Shown: one piece after another, positions 1 to 12,620 of the stretch
How positions within the stretch are numbered: the stretch's first letter is position 1
How the letters are laid out: every line of letters begins with the position of its first letter
NCBI RefSeq assembly: GCF_964204865.1
Contig: NC_135254.1
Span: forward strand, 16,182,001-16,246,000
Length of the DNA stretch: 64,000 bases
Reading direction: 5' to 3'
From: Styela clava
Taxonomy: Eukaryota
Made by a program: the position numbers and the translations under genes
Notes under the pieces: generated by a model
Seen by the model: the letters and a program-made list of their open reading frames with translations, nothing else
What the model was told of the DNA's origin: nothing
The model's database searches: none

Positions 1-643
1 TTAATTTTATTTATAGTGTGTACGATATCATTTCGATTTTTAAATTACCCTAACGCGCACCGAGAATTTAAACTTGAAAAAAATTTTCGTTGTCCCAAAA
101 ATCGAAATCCCACTGTCGATTGATGTTCACTTTACGTTGGAAGGGTACATTTACGAGCAGAGATAAGTCGGTCAGTCGCACAAGAGATAAAAACAAGGGT
201 CGAATTGTCGAACTTTCAATTTCCAGTTTTAGTATTTCTCTGTTGACAGTCGGAAATTTGGACTGCGGACTTACTTTTGCTTATTTTCAACGCCTCGTTG
301 CCGATGTTCGTCTAACAGCGCATGAGCCTGGATGAAAAATGGTCACATATGTGCCGTTATCTGTGTATAGTTTTTACATTATAATCAGAAGTGAAAGAAA
401 AGAAATGTAACCAAAGGCGAGATAAAAAAAGGTAAAAGGGTCAAGCTAAGAAGGCAATGAACAAGCTGCTATTGAAGCGAAGCAAATAGCAACAACTCCT
501 ATTCAAAGTTACTGTCAATCTGCGGTCATAAAGAATAGAAGAATTTTCTGTTCCTAAAATAATGTCATTCAAAAACTAATCTCCGCACATATTAATATTT
601 TTAAAATCAATTTCGGATAATGCTCAAATAAAAAAATTCATAA

Positions 644-3032
644 TTAGCAAATAGGCCCATTGTGAAAATTCTTGTTAACATGCGGAAATAACGAAATTAA
701 AGAGTCTTTGTTTTGGTTAACCCAGTCGTAAAACGACTGTATTTCTGGATGTAGAATCATTGTAGTAGACAAATTGTTGCGCTGAACTGATCTCGTTAGA
801 TAATCGAAATAATTTGCCATATCCTCCGCTCCAGTTACATCAAATACCTTCAAGAAGTCTTCTGGTGACAACTGGAAAATTTTAGACTGTTATAAATACC
901 GGTATATTTTCCGTTAAATGCATGTAGATAATAAAAAAAGACGAGACGAAAACCAAAATGTGTAATATATAAGCCAATTGCAGATTATAAAATATATTAA
1001 TATGCGATGTATAAGCTGTATTAATGTCTACTATTAAATATGTTGCGACTCAAGTGTCATCGTCAACAGCAGGGTATATCAATTCGATTTCTTACTCACT
1101 TTTCCATCTCGTATAATTATCGGATATGTTGTTTCTGTCATTTGTGTGGCATATTCATGCAACGTCATCCTATCACCTGATAAAGCCACAGTTTTGCCGA
1201 CCCAATGAGTCGAGTTTTCAAACAAACTTTTTACACAAACTCCTACATCCCTCATTGACATCATGTCCATTGCAATGTGGCCGATGGGTGCCTCTGAAAT
1301 GCGAAATTCGCGTTGCAATGGTAGACTTCAATTGCCGCTTTAGGAATTCAAAACTAAAAATTCTGTGCTAACCTATTTTGTGAATGCTTGGATTCTCTGT
1401 TCTCATCGGTTTCATAAATCCATTTGTGAAATCTTCATATAAAAATGGAACATATAAAATTGTCTTTTTTAGTTTTATTTTGTCCATGTAATCAGAAATA
1501 TGTGCTTTTGCATCACAGACATCAGAACGAAGTCCAATAGCCGCATTTACATGAACTAATGAACTGTAGATAACATGTGGAATGTCTAGATTCAGACATA
1601 CATCAGCTATCAAACGCCCCCTTTTGACTTCATCCTGAATAAATGGTTTATAATATTGTAAAATATATATGTTTTTAAAAAAAACAGCTACAATTTTAAC
1701 AAAATTAGTGATTTTAATCATATCCGTAACATAAGTTTATGTTGCCAAAATACCCTAAGCAGACTATAGGTTTTTAAATCCTATAGGAGTTCAATTTTAA
1801 AATGAAGATTATTTATAGTAAAATGATGCTATTCGTTCAACCAGTATTCCAAACTAAGAAGGATTTGTTGGTTTATGCATATATTTTTACACATTACCAA
1901 ACTATTTTCTTCAATGGAATGGTGCAGGTTAAGTCATACACTGGTAACAGTAGTAATAATACAGTTAGCATATATAGTTGAATATCAATTATTTGGATTT
2001 ATCGATTGACACTGTCTCGTGCTTTGCAGACTTTTCCACAATGAATACCTACATTTAAAGGTTGATGCGACTTGTAATTGAGTTCTGTAATCACAAATAC
2101 GCCATATACACCTTTTACTGCTTCGTTCACCAACACGGAATCACTGAAATCGATACCGGTAACAATGTCATCGATCTTCCACGCAGCAAATTTTTCTTCA
2201 AAAAAAAACCAAAAAATATGAATTAAAAAATTCAGTCATGGTTAAGCAATGCTGTAGGCTAGTCAGAGAGCTGCATATCTTGGTCTTCCCTGACACAATT
2301 TCAAAGTACATATAGTTTCCAAACACGTTTGAACACATTTAAAATGAAATTTAAATGAATATTTTAAAATGACCTATTTTTCGTAGGCTACTATAAAATT
2401 CATATCCCTGCCAATTCGCCTACTGGACGTTACTCAAATTCGAATGAGAAACCTAAACAATGATCAATTGATCATACCGGTGACTAGGAACTTATGTTTT
2501 ACGAAGAGTGCTTTCTGGTAAAATGACATTACATGCATGTTTTATTACAGCTTTGATCCTCTAAGAGTCTAAGCCGGTTTTCAAATCTAATCGTTTTCAA
2601 GAATACTTGCGCATTTTTTGTATATTGCATAAAATTTTAAACAATATGATGGAGTCTGGAGATGAATGGAGATTGGAGAATATAATGTAATTATAGGAAA
2701 AATAGCCTATGATACGAAACAAATTTTTAGTTATATTTATGTCCCCTTCGACGAAATCCTCAGTACGCCACTGATCACGATAAATAAAATTTACCCGGTC
2801 GTAGCCTCCCAAATTTAAATTAATAAATAAGCATTTGCTTTACAGTCTTTAAGAATCTTTTCTCACCTTTCTGTACCGATGTTACTAGTTTTGTGGAGAA
2901 TGATTCATGTGATTGAAGTACATCAATAACTGATTTAGCATGATTCAAATAAGTTTGACGCCACCATTCAACTATTTCAGTCCCGTCATTGTCTTCCGAT
3001 AAAGCAAGAATCACTACAATCGTATTTTTCAT
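644..3032 (-). CDS. NMRAL1: NmrA-like family (atypical SDR, NMRAL1/HSCARG-like) protein, 5 exons, about 330 aa
   Basis: Phase-consistent GT-AG model complement(join(644..871,1100..1293,1373..1634,2053..2195,2867..3032)), 993 nt. It has NmrA-type segments: AVKGVYGVFVIT, EVKRGRLIADVC, PHVIYSSL, DAKAHI, PFLYEDF, RDVGVCVKSLF, GAEDMANYFDY, SFYDWVNQNK. The protein is divergent, so the symbol denotes family likeness. Confidence 0.85.
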
Positions 3033-4408
3033 AGTTTTAATTCTTTATATCCTAATCTTTATCAACAGAGCAGATATTGTGCTTAGAGGTAGTTTCAGTT
3101 ACCTATTTACGCTTAAGGAAGGAAGTGGAAAATGATCACTGTCTTTGAGATGCCTAAACTAATCTACTCCTTCAGAAGTTGTGAGTTGAAGCACTATGTG
3201 CATTACTATAAGCTAAATGCTGGATACTGGATACTAAGTGATGTTCCGCAAATACCTCTCGAGTACCTACCGACTTTCATAACCTATATATATTTGATTT
3301 ATTACATGATTCGTAAACTTTTTTCTCTAAAAAATATTTGAAATTACATCTTTTGCGAAAAAAATATATTCTATCTTGAGATCTAACATTTGTTGCCAAA
3401 GCTTGTAATCCTGCTTTCCGTCACACTTCGTTCTAATTGTGACATAACAAAAGCGAAAATAGGCGTATAAAAACATCACGTTTACAAGGGCAAACTAACA
3501 AAAGAAGCGAACGAATTGTAAAAAGAGCTAATGTTCTCATAACAATTGCTCGATAAACATCTTATTGTCGATAGGAAACGTGATAAGTACATTCGAATAA
3601 ATGAAACAGACGTCTCATGAGCGTAGAACGCAAACCGCTAAGCCTATCAATCTACTTGAAAGAGATGTGGTCTCCATCTTACTTGAACTATTCAAGAATT
3701 TTCTTTTGTAATAAAACAAGAATCTAATCGATAACGAAGCAATGTATTACAGTAATTACACGATCAAAAATTTAACGTTGATAGTCACCACTCACCAGCA
3801 ACTTTTTTTTTATTTGCTATAGCTGAAATTCAGTAGGAATGATTTTCGAAATTTATCCATTGTTAATTGCAATCACCCAAAATACATAGAGGCGGGTATA
3901 ATATTTTTTGGTGATGACTTACTTGAAACATACATTATCTGTACATTATACTATTCCACGCTATCACCAAATATTTTTGTTTCGTATGCTTTGCATAACA
4001 TTAATATTAGTGTTCAAAATTTAAGAAGTTATAGTGAATTATTCAACAATATACGGTTTGGCGTTTTGAATTGCGTTTATTAGCAAGTTATGCTATATGT
4101 TTACATTTCGTTGCGTTAATAAAGCAATGTGCACATATACTTTAGGACCATCGTATACATTCGAATATCTTCGAACTTTGACTGGCCATTACAATCCAGC
4201 TACTTTTTATACGATTTCTAGTATGATGTAAACATTTGAGCGTTTTTGATTGAAATCTCATATTGTCAAACGTATATTTGTACATAAATTTAAAAAAAAA
4301 ATAGAATAATAATGGCAGCTCTCATTTGATTTATGAATATTATGATACAAAACGAGGTGCAACAATATTTGTAGTTGAAGAAACAAATCACGAAGTCTTG
4401 CATACATT

Positions 4409-5551
4409 TCATACTTCTAAAACCGCTCCGGTGTTTTCAATAGTAACAGCATCTCTTTTCCGAGTCTTCGTTATCAACACTACATTTATTTGGAAAAAAA
4501 ATCTTTAATTAATTGTAATAATGCCTTAAAATATGATTACAGAATAGAGCAAAATAGTATGCTTTTGTAAGTATATTTATATTCATGCTTCGAAATAATG
4601 CTCAATCTACCAAAACAGGGATTCCCCGGTACAACCGAGTAGCGAAATGGAAAGTAAAGGTATTACAGTGGTCCCCAATCTTTTCGGTGCAACGGACACT
4701 TGTAAAATAAAGTTGTGGATCCTTTTATGTGCAACCACTTGTAGTATATTTTGCACAGATAAACCACTGGAATTTGGCGGATGATATTGACATGAGGTTT
4801 GGTCTAACAGAAATCTCGTACAAATAAGCTACTCAAGAAATAACTGTATCCAATTTTTGAAGTAAATAACCATGTTCGTTTACGTCATCAATATCGTGTG
4901 ATACATAATATCCTGATTTACAGAGTTATCCTTGTTTTGTCGTTTTTGCAAGCTGGATTCTTTCCTTTTACTATTTTGTTTTCATTTTATGAATGAAAGC
5001 GCATACCCTCAAAATGTTTTTGGGAACGCCAGCTTGGGGTCGCCGTTCTTAGGCAAAAGTGTTTACCAGGGGATGTATGTGTTGATACTGTATTAGAAAA
5101 CTGGTATTTAAGGCCAGACCATTTAAGTCATGTGAGGGACTGCTTGCAGTAGGACGCATCTCTCAAAAAGGGAACACCTATAAAATTATTACCTTCATCA
5201 ATAACCTTCTTTTCATCTTCTTTGTCAGTCTTGTTATCTGTATATGGTGCCATTGGTGGCTCAGCCACTAGTTTGACGTGTGTGAACCTTTGACAAACGT
5301 AAGAAAATTCATGTGACAAAAATCAGTAAGTTCAATAGCATTTCGTAACCATTCGAACAAAATGCTAGACACTAAATGAGCCTTAAACCACGACTCATTT
5401 TTAATTCTTGTTTATTATGAGAAAAGCATGTACATGAGTGTACGAAGTCAAATATTGAATAGAAATGTCTAACCATACAAGGCAATGAAGTTTAGCGGAA
5501 CATTATCTAGGGAAGAAAAACCTAGCAATCTTTGAAATTTTTATTATTATT

Positions 5552-5583
<32 letters not shown>

Positions 5584-8500
5584 GATATACTACTCACTTT
5601 CTTCTGTGAACGAGTGCAGTCGCCAACAATATGCTAAGTATGAAGAAGATGAGGGCCGATGTCATCAAGTAAGTACCGAGATTGACGTTAGGAACTGCAA
5701 AATGAAATAAAACAATTATGATGAGTTGTAATTAAGGGAAAGATGAATTCTAAAGATGAAGTCTCAATGTCCTCCAATTGATCGCGGATTAAAGCTTTTT
5801 CAATGGTTAGCTTTTTGTGTGTTAACTTGAGATAGTGGTAACCGGAGAAGATGCCAATGACCACCAATATATGAAGTTATCTTGTCGAATTCTTTTTATC
5901 CCAAAACTAATATGAAAAACTGTATCATAAAAAACGTGATTTTGTATGTGATATATCTACAGTTCCAACACGTTTCAATAAAATTGCTTTCAGATTTTAT
6001 TTGTGAATATATACCGTAATAATACTTGTTTTACTAATACTTGTCACATATGATAAAATGAAGAGAGCGATGCTCGAATATGTGGACACGAAATCCAAAA
6101 CGAAAAGGTACGGGTATCAGATATGCAATCTGTCGCAGTACACCACCGGTACCGCAGTTTTCAAGACTTCGCATAACCACGAACGCGGAACCTCCACAAA
6201 GTGCGCAATTTTTATGACGTCATCGCACACAAAACAAGTAAGCTACGCTCTAATATATGGACACGTAGCGCCACCTATCGGTAAATTCAGATGGCGTCAT
6301 CGCACTCGAAAAAACGAATCCCATGCTGCTCACCGGAATATTTGAAATAAATAAAAGTAATAGCCTTCTAGGGAAAAATTCCATCTTCAACCACTGAAAA
6401 TTTCAAATCAAATGGTCCAGTAATCAATGAGAAAAGCGTTTTTTTCGTAGCGATAACAAGAAGAATTTGAATAACAAGAAGAGTGCCAGCATAAAATGCA
6501 AAACGATCGTTATGTCCGGTTACGTTTCCAAAAAAACGAATCCCATGGAGCCCCCAAAAATGTTTGAAATAAATAAAAGTAAGGCTTCTAGTGACAAATA
6601 CAATCTCCAAACAATGAAAATTTCAAAGCTACTGGTCCGGTAGTGAATGAGAAAAGCAATTTTTTCACAAGAAGAAGAAGAAAGCGATACATATTCACAC
6701 TTTGTGTCTGATAACGCAAACGTCATATTTAGTAAAGTATCTCACTACGCATGCTACATTAATATTACACGCTTTACATAAATCTTATACAGAACTTTTG
6801 AAACACCGAATATAACGCTAGCCGTCAGCTGCAATGTAGCCTACATTTCGCTGCAGTTGTCTGACGTCTAAAAAAACGGATTCGTTAATAGATACGAACC
6901 TCCTGAATCCTATCACTGGTTAAAGTTACTGCAAAATTGATTGATTATTAGTATTGGGCGCTAAAATAATAAGTAATATTATGATAAATAGGTCAGACTG
7001 TATCTTTGTATTGTTATCTCACCTGCTTCACCAATTATTCTTTGACAAATATACCATCTTTTCGCAACACAGGGAACATCAAACCATTTGTAGTCATTCT
7101 GCGATGCGAAAGATCCCATTGTTACACAGTCTTCAGCTATACTGTTAAAATCATTTGGCTCGCCATCAGACCATTGCATAGGAGTTCCGGATATAAAATG
7201 CAAAAAATCACCGTTTATCCACTGAAAATTGGAATTTCCTCCACTGTAATCATGTAGTCCAATGTAATACGATCGATATGGTGGACCTGAAAAGAACGTT
7301 TTCAAAATACGTTTGCTTCAGATAACCGTCGTTTCGGGCTACCAGCGTAGCAACCGCCGACGATTTCATTCCTAAATAATCAGTTGACCTCCGACTTATA
7401 CCGGGCGTGTTAACATAATCCATGTATAACTGGAATTACCATTGGTTACAATTGTTTAGGCGCGAATCCCCCAATTTTCGAGTAATCGCTAGTTTCAAAA
7501 TGATAATTTTCAGTCACATAATTGTGAGGCAAGGCACATTAAATATGGATTTCGCATAAGAGGAGTAAATCAACTGAACAGCAGAAACTTTGGCTGCATG
7601 TGCGATGTTTTAAATTACATTCATTTGAACAATACCAAATTCAACCTCAAATCTGTCATGTATTGAAATAAGTGTTTTTTTTTGTATCGCGCTTTTGCAT
7701 ATATATGTTTGTATTTTTCTATATTTATTAAATATACATATATCAAATTAGACAGATTCTAAGTACACGAAAATCTAGGCTGAAAGCTTTATTTTCTTGA
7801 AATCTCTCAAGAGTTTTCAAGGCAGTCCAATTTAATTTCTAATTGTGTCAAAATATTGCATCAAGAATGACATGCACAAAGCCTATTTCTACACTACTTA
7901 AATAATTATTTTCCTGCTATCTATGACGAATTGGTTGCGGTAATAACACCATAAGTTTTTGTTATGATAACTTTGCTCTCAATTTCAAAGTATAAACAAC
8001 AAAATATGTTGTTTTAGGGAAAAATGTTCAAAAAACGTTCGTCATTTTTTGTAAACAACGTAGTATATGCATATCCAGACCATACATGTAATTCAGTTTT
8101 ATAATGAATACTCACCGTTTTCTTTATAGCCAATCTGTTTGATCACGTCTTTGACGTCACGATGCAGTTCGTCTGTGGTGGGCATCACCAGGTGGGAATC
8201 CATTTCTTCGCATATTTTGAGAGCTTTTGCATGATTTACTACGAGGGAACCGTTGTAAATAAAATATTCATGTACACCGCGTGCGATCCAAGTAACGGGA
8301 TAATCTAATAAAAAAAAAATTATATATAGTTAGCAAAGAACATTTGGGACTAACTGCGGTTGAATGTGTGATCTTAAGCTCCGAATGAAATAAAGTATTA
8401 AAGAATACAATAAATCTTACTAAATACTAACCACGTTTCAAAGGTTGGTCGTATTTTAGATTTTTACGAAGCCATTGACAAAATAAACAAATAGTTATGT

Positions 8501-9346
8501 CATAATACCAGAAACGTGATGTCATAACATTATAAAAGCGTTAGGAGAAAAGTGTGGCCCAATTAATACGTTACGGACATAATTAATCCTGTATTATTAG
8601 TTTTATTTCTTCTAGAAAGGGTGTATTTCATCTTAAATTTATATAATTGTTGTGAGCGGTCATCAAATGCAATAATTGTCAATCATTTCTGTCAGCTTTT
8701 TTGACTGCTTATTGAATTGTGACATGCATTTTCTAACGCAATGTTTTATGATTCACTCATGCATACAATTCTTTTTAAATTATTTGGACGAACTATTCAT
8801 CGATTTGATGATAAAACGCTGCAATTATTTAAAAATATGAATAATAGTTTTAGTCAGTTTAATTGGTAATAAGATTTGTAATTCGTATAAATTACTTTGC
8901 TCGGATAGATGACAAAATTATGTTTTCTAATTTTCCGAATGTGGCCAAGAACTGGTTATTTACCCATATGATTTTGTTCTAGGTTTCTAGGCTTTTCATT
9001 AAAAATAGTCTAAACGTTAATGTCTTAACTTAAATGTCTAAATTTTAAACATATTTTTTTAGGGATCAGTTTTATTTAATATCGGAGTGGTAACTATGGT
9101 TCTAAAATAATTTTATTCAATTTTTCAATCTTAAAATAATGATGCATATACCATTAAAATTACTCTGGATAACGTACAGTAATTGGCAATCCTAGACCAA
9201 ATTTGGATATAGGCTACATATATATATATATATAATATATTCTGTAGAAAAAAAATACAGTGTGTATACAAAACTTTTTGAAACACAAACATACCTTTTG
9301 TTGCAGAAGATATTTCCAAAATCACAAGAAGCCAGATCAACGACAT
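4409..9346 (-). CDS. Type-I transmembrane C-type lectin receptor (signal peptide, single CTLD, TM, cytoplasmic tail), about 255 aa
   Basis: complement(join(4409..4479,5193..5287,5598..5694,7023..7286,8116..8304,9295..9346)), 768 nt, all phases match. Signal peptide MSLIWLLVILEISSA; CTLD with KIC, YYIGL, FQWING, WSDGEPND, EDCV, WFDVPC, YICQ; TM segment YLMTSALIFFILSILLATALV followed by HRRK. The last two exons are less certain. Confidence 0.85.
5563..5584 (+). repeat. G22 homopolymer
   Basis: 22 consecutive G, preceded by a T-rich tract and lying just inside the intron that follows the lectin TM exon. Confidence 0.95.
6311..6720. repeat. Two tandem copies (period about 222 bp) of a dispersed repeat
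   Basis: AAAACGAATCCCATG...TTTGAAATAAATAAAAGTAA..GC(C)TTCTAG...TGAAAATTTCAA recurs at about 6311 and 6533. A third copy lies at about 51314-51660. Confidence 0.8.
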
Positions 9347-10685
9347 AATGTAGCTTTGAAAGCAGCAATTAGAGTTGCACAATTGACTTCCTTATCTAAA
9401 CAATTAAGGTTCGATGCGATGACTTATCCATTATTCACACTGCAATTATTCCGCAGACTCTCTCAAGGTAAACATCTCAGCCAGTGAACACAAAATATTA
9501 TTAGTGTCATCAAGCTAGTATTGCATTTAAAAAGTTCATTGTCATCAACTTATGTAAATTAGAAACACTGGTAAGTGCTGATAAAGACAAGCGACATCAA
9601 ATCATGGGACAGTTAATTATGCCGCGATATTTTAATGTTGAAGACAGATTTTAAAGTTATTCGGAATGTTAATAATTGTATCGAGAAATTAGTATCTAAT
9701 ATTAAAACAGGTTATCATAATTATGGTATTTTGAAACCTATTGCCCAATGTTCGTCGGGAAATACAAATGACGATGAATTACAATTTACTTTTATTATGC
9801 ATGAATGGGAAGGGCTATACAAGCGGGTACGCAAATATTCATATATTAACTATACTTTAACTATATAATCAATATTATTCCAGGAAAAGTAAGACATTTC
9901 ACCATACTTCGCTTTTATCGATATATATTATATATAAAACAAGCCAACGGGCGGTTTGATTGAATAGCAACAATAGATGATTCCTAATCAAGCAATAGAT
10001 AATGAATTCGTCGTTTATGCATATGTACAAGATATATTTGTACCGGAAAGACGTTCTTGTTCTAAGAATAGAAGGAATGTGCTATCTATGCCTGTGTATC
10101 GCGCCTGTCTATGCGTGCTTTCGCCATAGTCGATAACTTTTGTGTAACCACATAATTCTTTTTACTTTTAAGCATCAAATACCTAGTTCTTTCTATATTC
10201 CTTACCTTAGCAGCATGCTTAGTTTCTTCCTATATAGGCATTCCCTTAATTAACGCCGAAGAAATTGCTTATTATATTCACCCCAACAAGCAGGTGGTTC
10301 TCGGTTTCATATTATTTGGGCATGGCCACTAATGGGTGAACTTTTTAGCTGTGATTTATCACAGGATCAAGCTTTTTTGATCGTTTCGTGATGATTAATT
10401 ATTGAGTCACACTTGACAGATTCATCAATACGTAGATTGATAAAAGGCGGAATTTAACTGAAACCTCATAAATCAGCGCCGAAAAGTTTTGTGACGTTAT
10501 CCAGACTAATCAAAAAATTTTGTTCGCAATAGAGAAATATTCATGCACGTAAGCTCATAGTAATACTATGAAAGAGTGATAAATAATAACGAATAAATTT
10601 ACTTCGCGTCTGGAGCAAAGATCGCGATTGCGACTTTAGTGACAAAAATACTCTGAAGCATCATCGTTATCATTCGGCCCATAGT

Positions 10686-12620
10686 TAGGGTTGCCAACTT
10701 TGACAAATTTCTATAAGAGATACTGTGTCAAATATTTTAAATTCATTAATCCCCATCACTTCCATGAATTACGAATAAAAGCTTAAATATTTTATTATTG
10801 CTTACATAGAAACAGTTGTAGCGAATGTGCATTGTGTAACTATGGATTATAATGTATTTAACCCTTTTATATTAATAGCATGTAATATTTCACAAAATAG
10901 GCCGCATTATGTTTGGCAACAGCGATAATGCATTCCCTCCATGTATTGCCTTTCTCGTTTCGACCAATTTGATAACGTATCGTTTCCGGTTTGCCGAGAA
11001 TGCTCTATAATATTGTGTTTTTTGTTTCACTGGATATATGACTTGTGATCTGATCGTAATCTTACTGCATTAGGAATTAAGTGTGTACAATTTTATCTGT
11101 ATTTGGAATTTGGATCGTGCATCTTTTCAATAATATACAACAATTCGACAATCATCATCGTGTGCTTATTATCGTCTGAGGGAATCCAGATTGGGGTCAC
11201 ATTCCATAACACGTGAAATTAATAACGTGGGAATCGAACTTTGAATATTAGGGTGAACAGTCTTTATCCCTAAGACCGCACCTCGTCTCCCTATACAGTA
11301 AAACGTTTAAATTAAATAACATTGTGAAACATCCCCGTGGCAACATCTTAACCGAACTTGATCAACTTCTAGGGCTAGGTCGTTCTCCCGCCAATAGCAT
11401 ACGAAACGCTCATAACGAACGACTGAAAAAAAAGAAATAGTTCATTGTACAATGAACTATTTAAAGGCAGGGGTGGCCAACACGTCGATCGCCACGTCTC
11501 GAGCAGTCGATCGCGTCTGTTGTTGAGTGTAATTTATTGAAATACCACCAAAAATTGCCTCGAACCAGTTGTGTGGTTTACAACAGGAAGAATACAGTAC
11601 TTTACATGAGCAAAATACAATACACATACAGTAAATGAGTCTGGACAAGCCAGAAAAAGCATATTATTACGTGACAAATGCAAGTTTTTCCGCTGCCAAG
11701 GTTTAAAAATGAAGTGTCGAATATCGCGTTTCTAGACTAACAAACCATCCTACAATAACTTCCGCAGTATGTGAAAGTTGTTGTTTCCCTCCAAGAGTGG
11801 TGTAATAAATTTTATTTGCAATGGTAGCAGTGGCATTAAAATACCCAATTTGTTCTGATTCTAAGCAAGCGAGGAAATTGTTAGATAGGCTACTGAAGTT
11901 TGAGCATTCATGTAACATTCATTCAATATTTATTTTTCGCTGTTTGGATACAATTACATAAACAAATATGATTAACAACAATTAAATATTCAAACTAGAT
12001 AGCGATCAGAGACCACCGACTTATCGATCTTGCGGGTTCGATTCCCTCGCTCTGATTCAATAGCGACACCGCATGTCCCATCACTGATTAATTATTAATT
12101 CGCTAATTATACGACACATAATTCATCCGAAACTAATAGGTCTGGTCCGAGATATGATGAATGCACATGCAAAATTTTGAGGAGATTCAACCCCGCTTTC
12201 GTGAGATATCGAGTAGTATACGAAATTGAAACAAACAAACAGACAATTACCTATCAACATAGTTACCGATCGAAATCGATAAGTCGCAACAATTTGAATG
12301 GAACACAAAAAAATACAAATTTTGTGTCGATTTTAATAATAATGTGCCCACAAAGCCTTCTTATTGGCATCGGTGGAATTTTTTGTATGGGTGTGTGCAA
12401 GGTATCTGCACATCCAGTGCCCATTCATTTTTGTGTAGGACCTTATTACCGATCAGTCGATCGCGATCTATTTTGAGCATTTCAGTCGATCGTAGTCGAA
12501 AGCAGGTTGGCCACCCCTGCTATACGGTAAATATTTAATATTTTATTTACAGTTAAATGTTTTGCAACTCTTATAGTAAAAGCAACTTTCCTTTGAAATA
12601 AATGACGGTTGGCAGCCCTA
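10686..12620. mobile_element. Non-autonomous hAT-type DNA transposon, about 1.9 kb
   Basis: Terminal inverted repeats TAGGGTTGCCAAC / GTTGGCAGCCCTA, flanked by an 8-bp TSD CCCATAGT (10678-10685) / CTCATAGT (12621-12628). No intact transposase ORF. Confidence 0.8.
11468..12519. mobile_element. hAT (Charlie-like) non-autonomous element nested in the previous element
   Basis: Perfect 14-bp TIRs CAGGGGTGGCCAAC / GTTGGCCACCCCTG with subterminal GTCGATCG repeats at both ends. The TSD is degenerate. Confidence 0.8.

Noticed and set aside
10880-11950. Transposase remnants within the nested hAT elements
   Set aside because: Only vague, frameshifted similarity that cannot be supported without a translated search.
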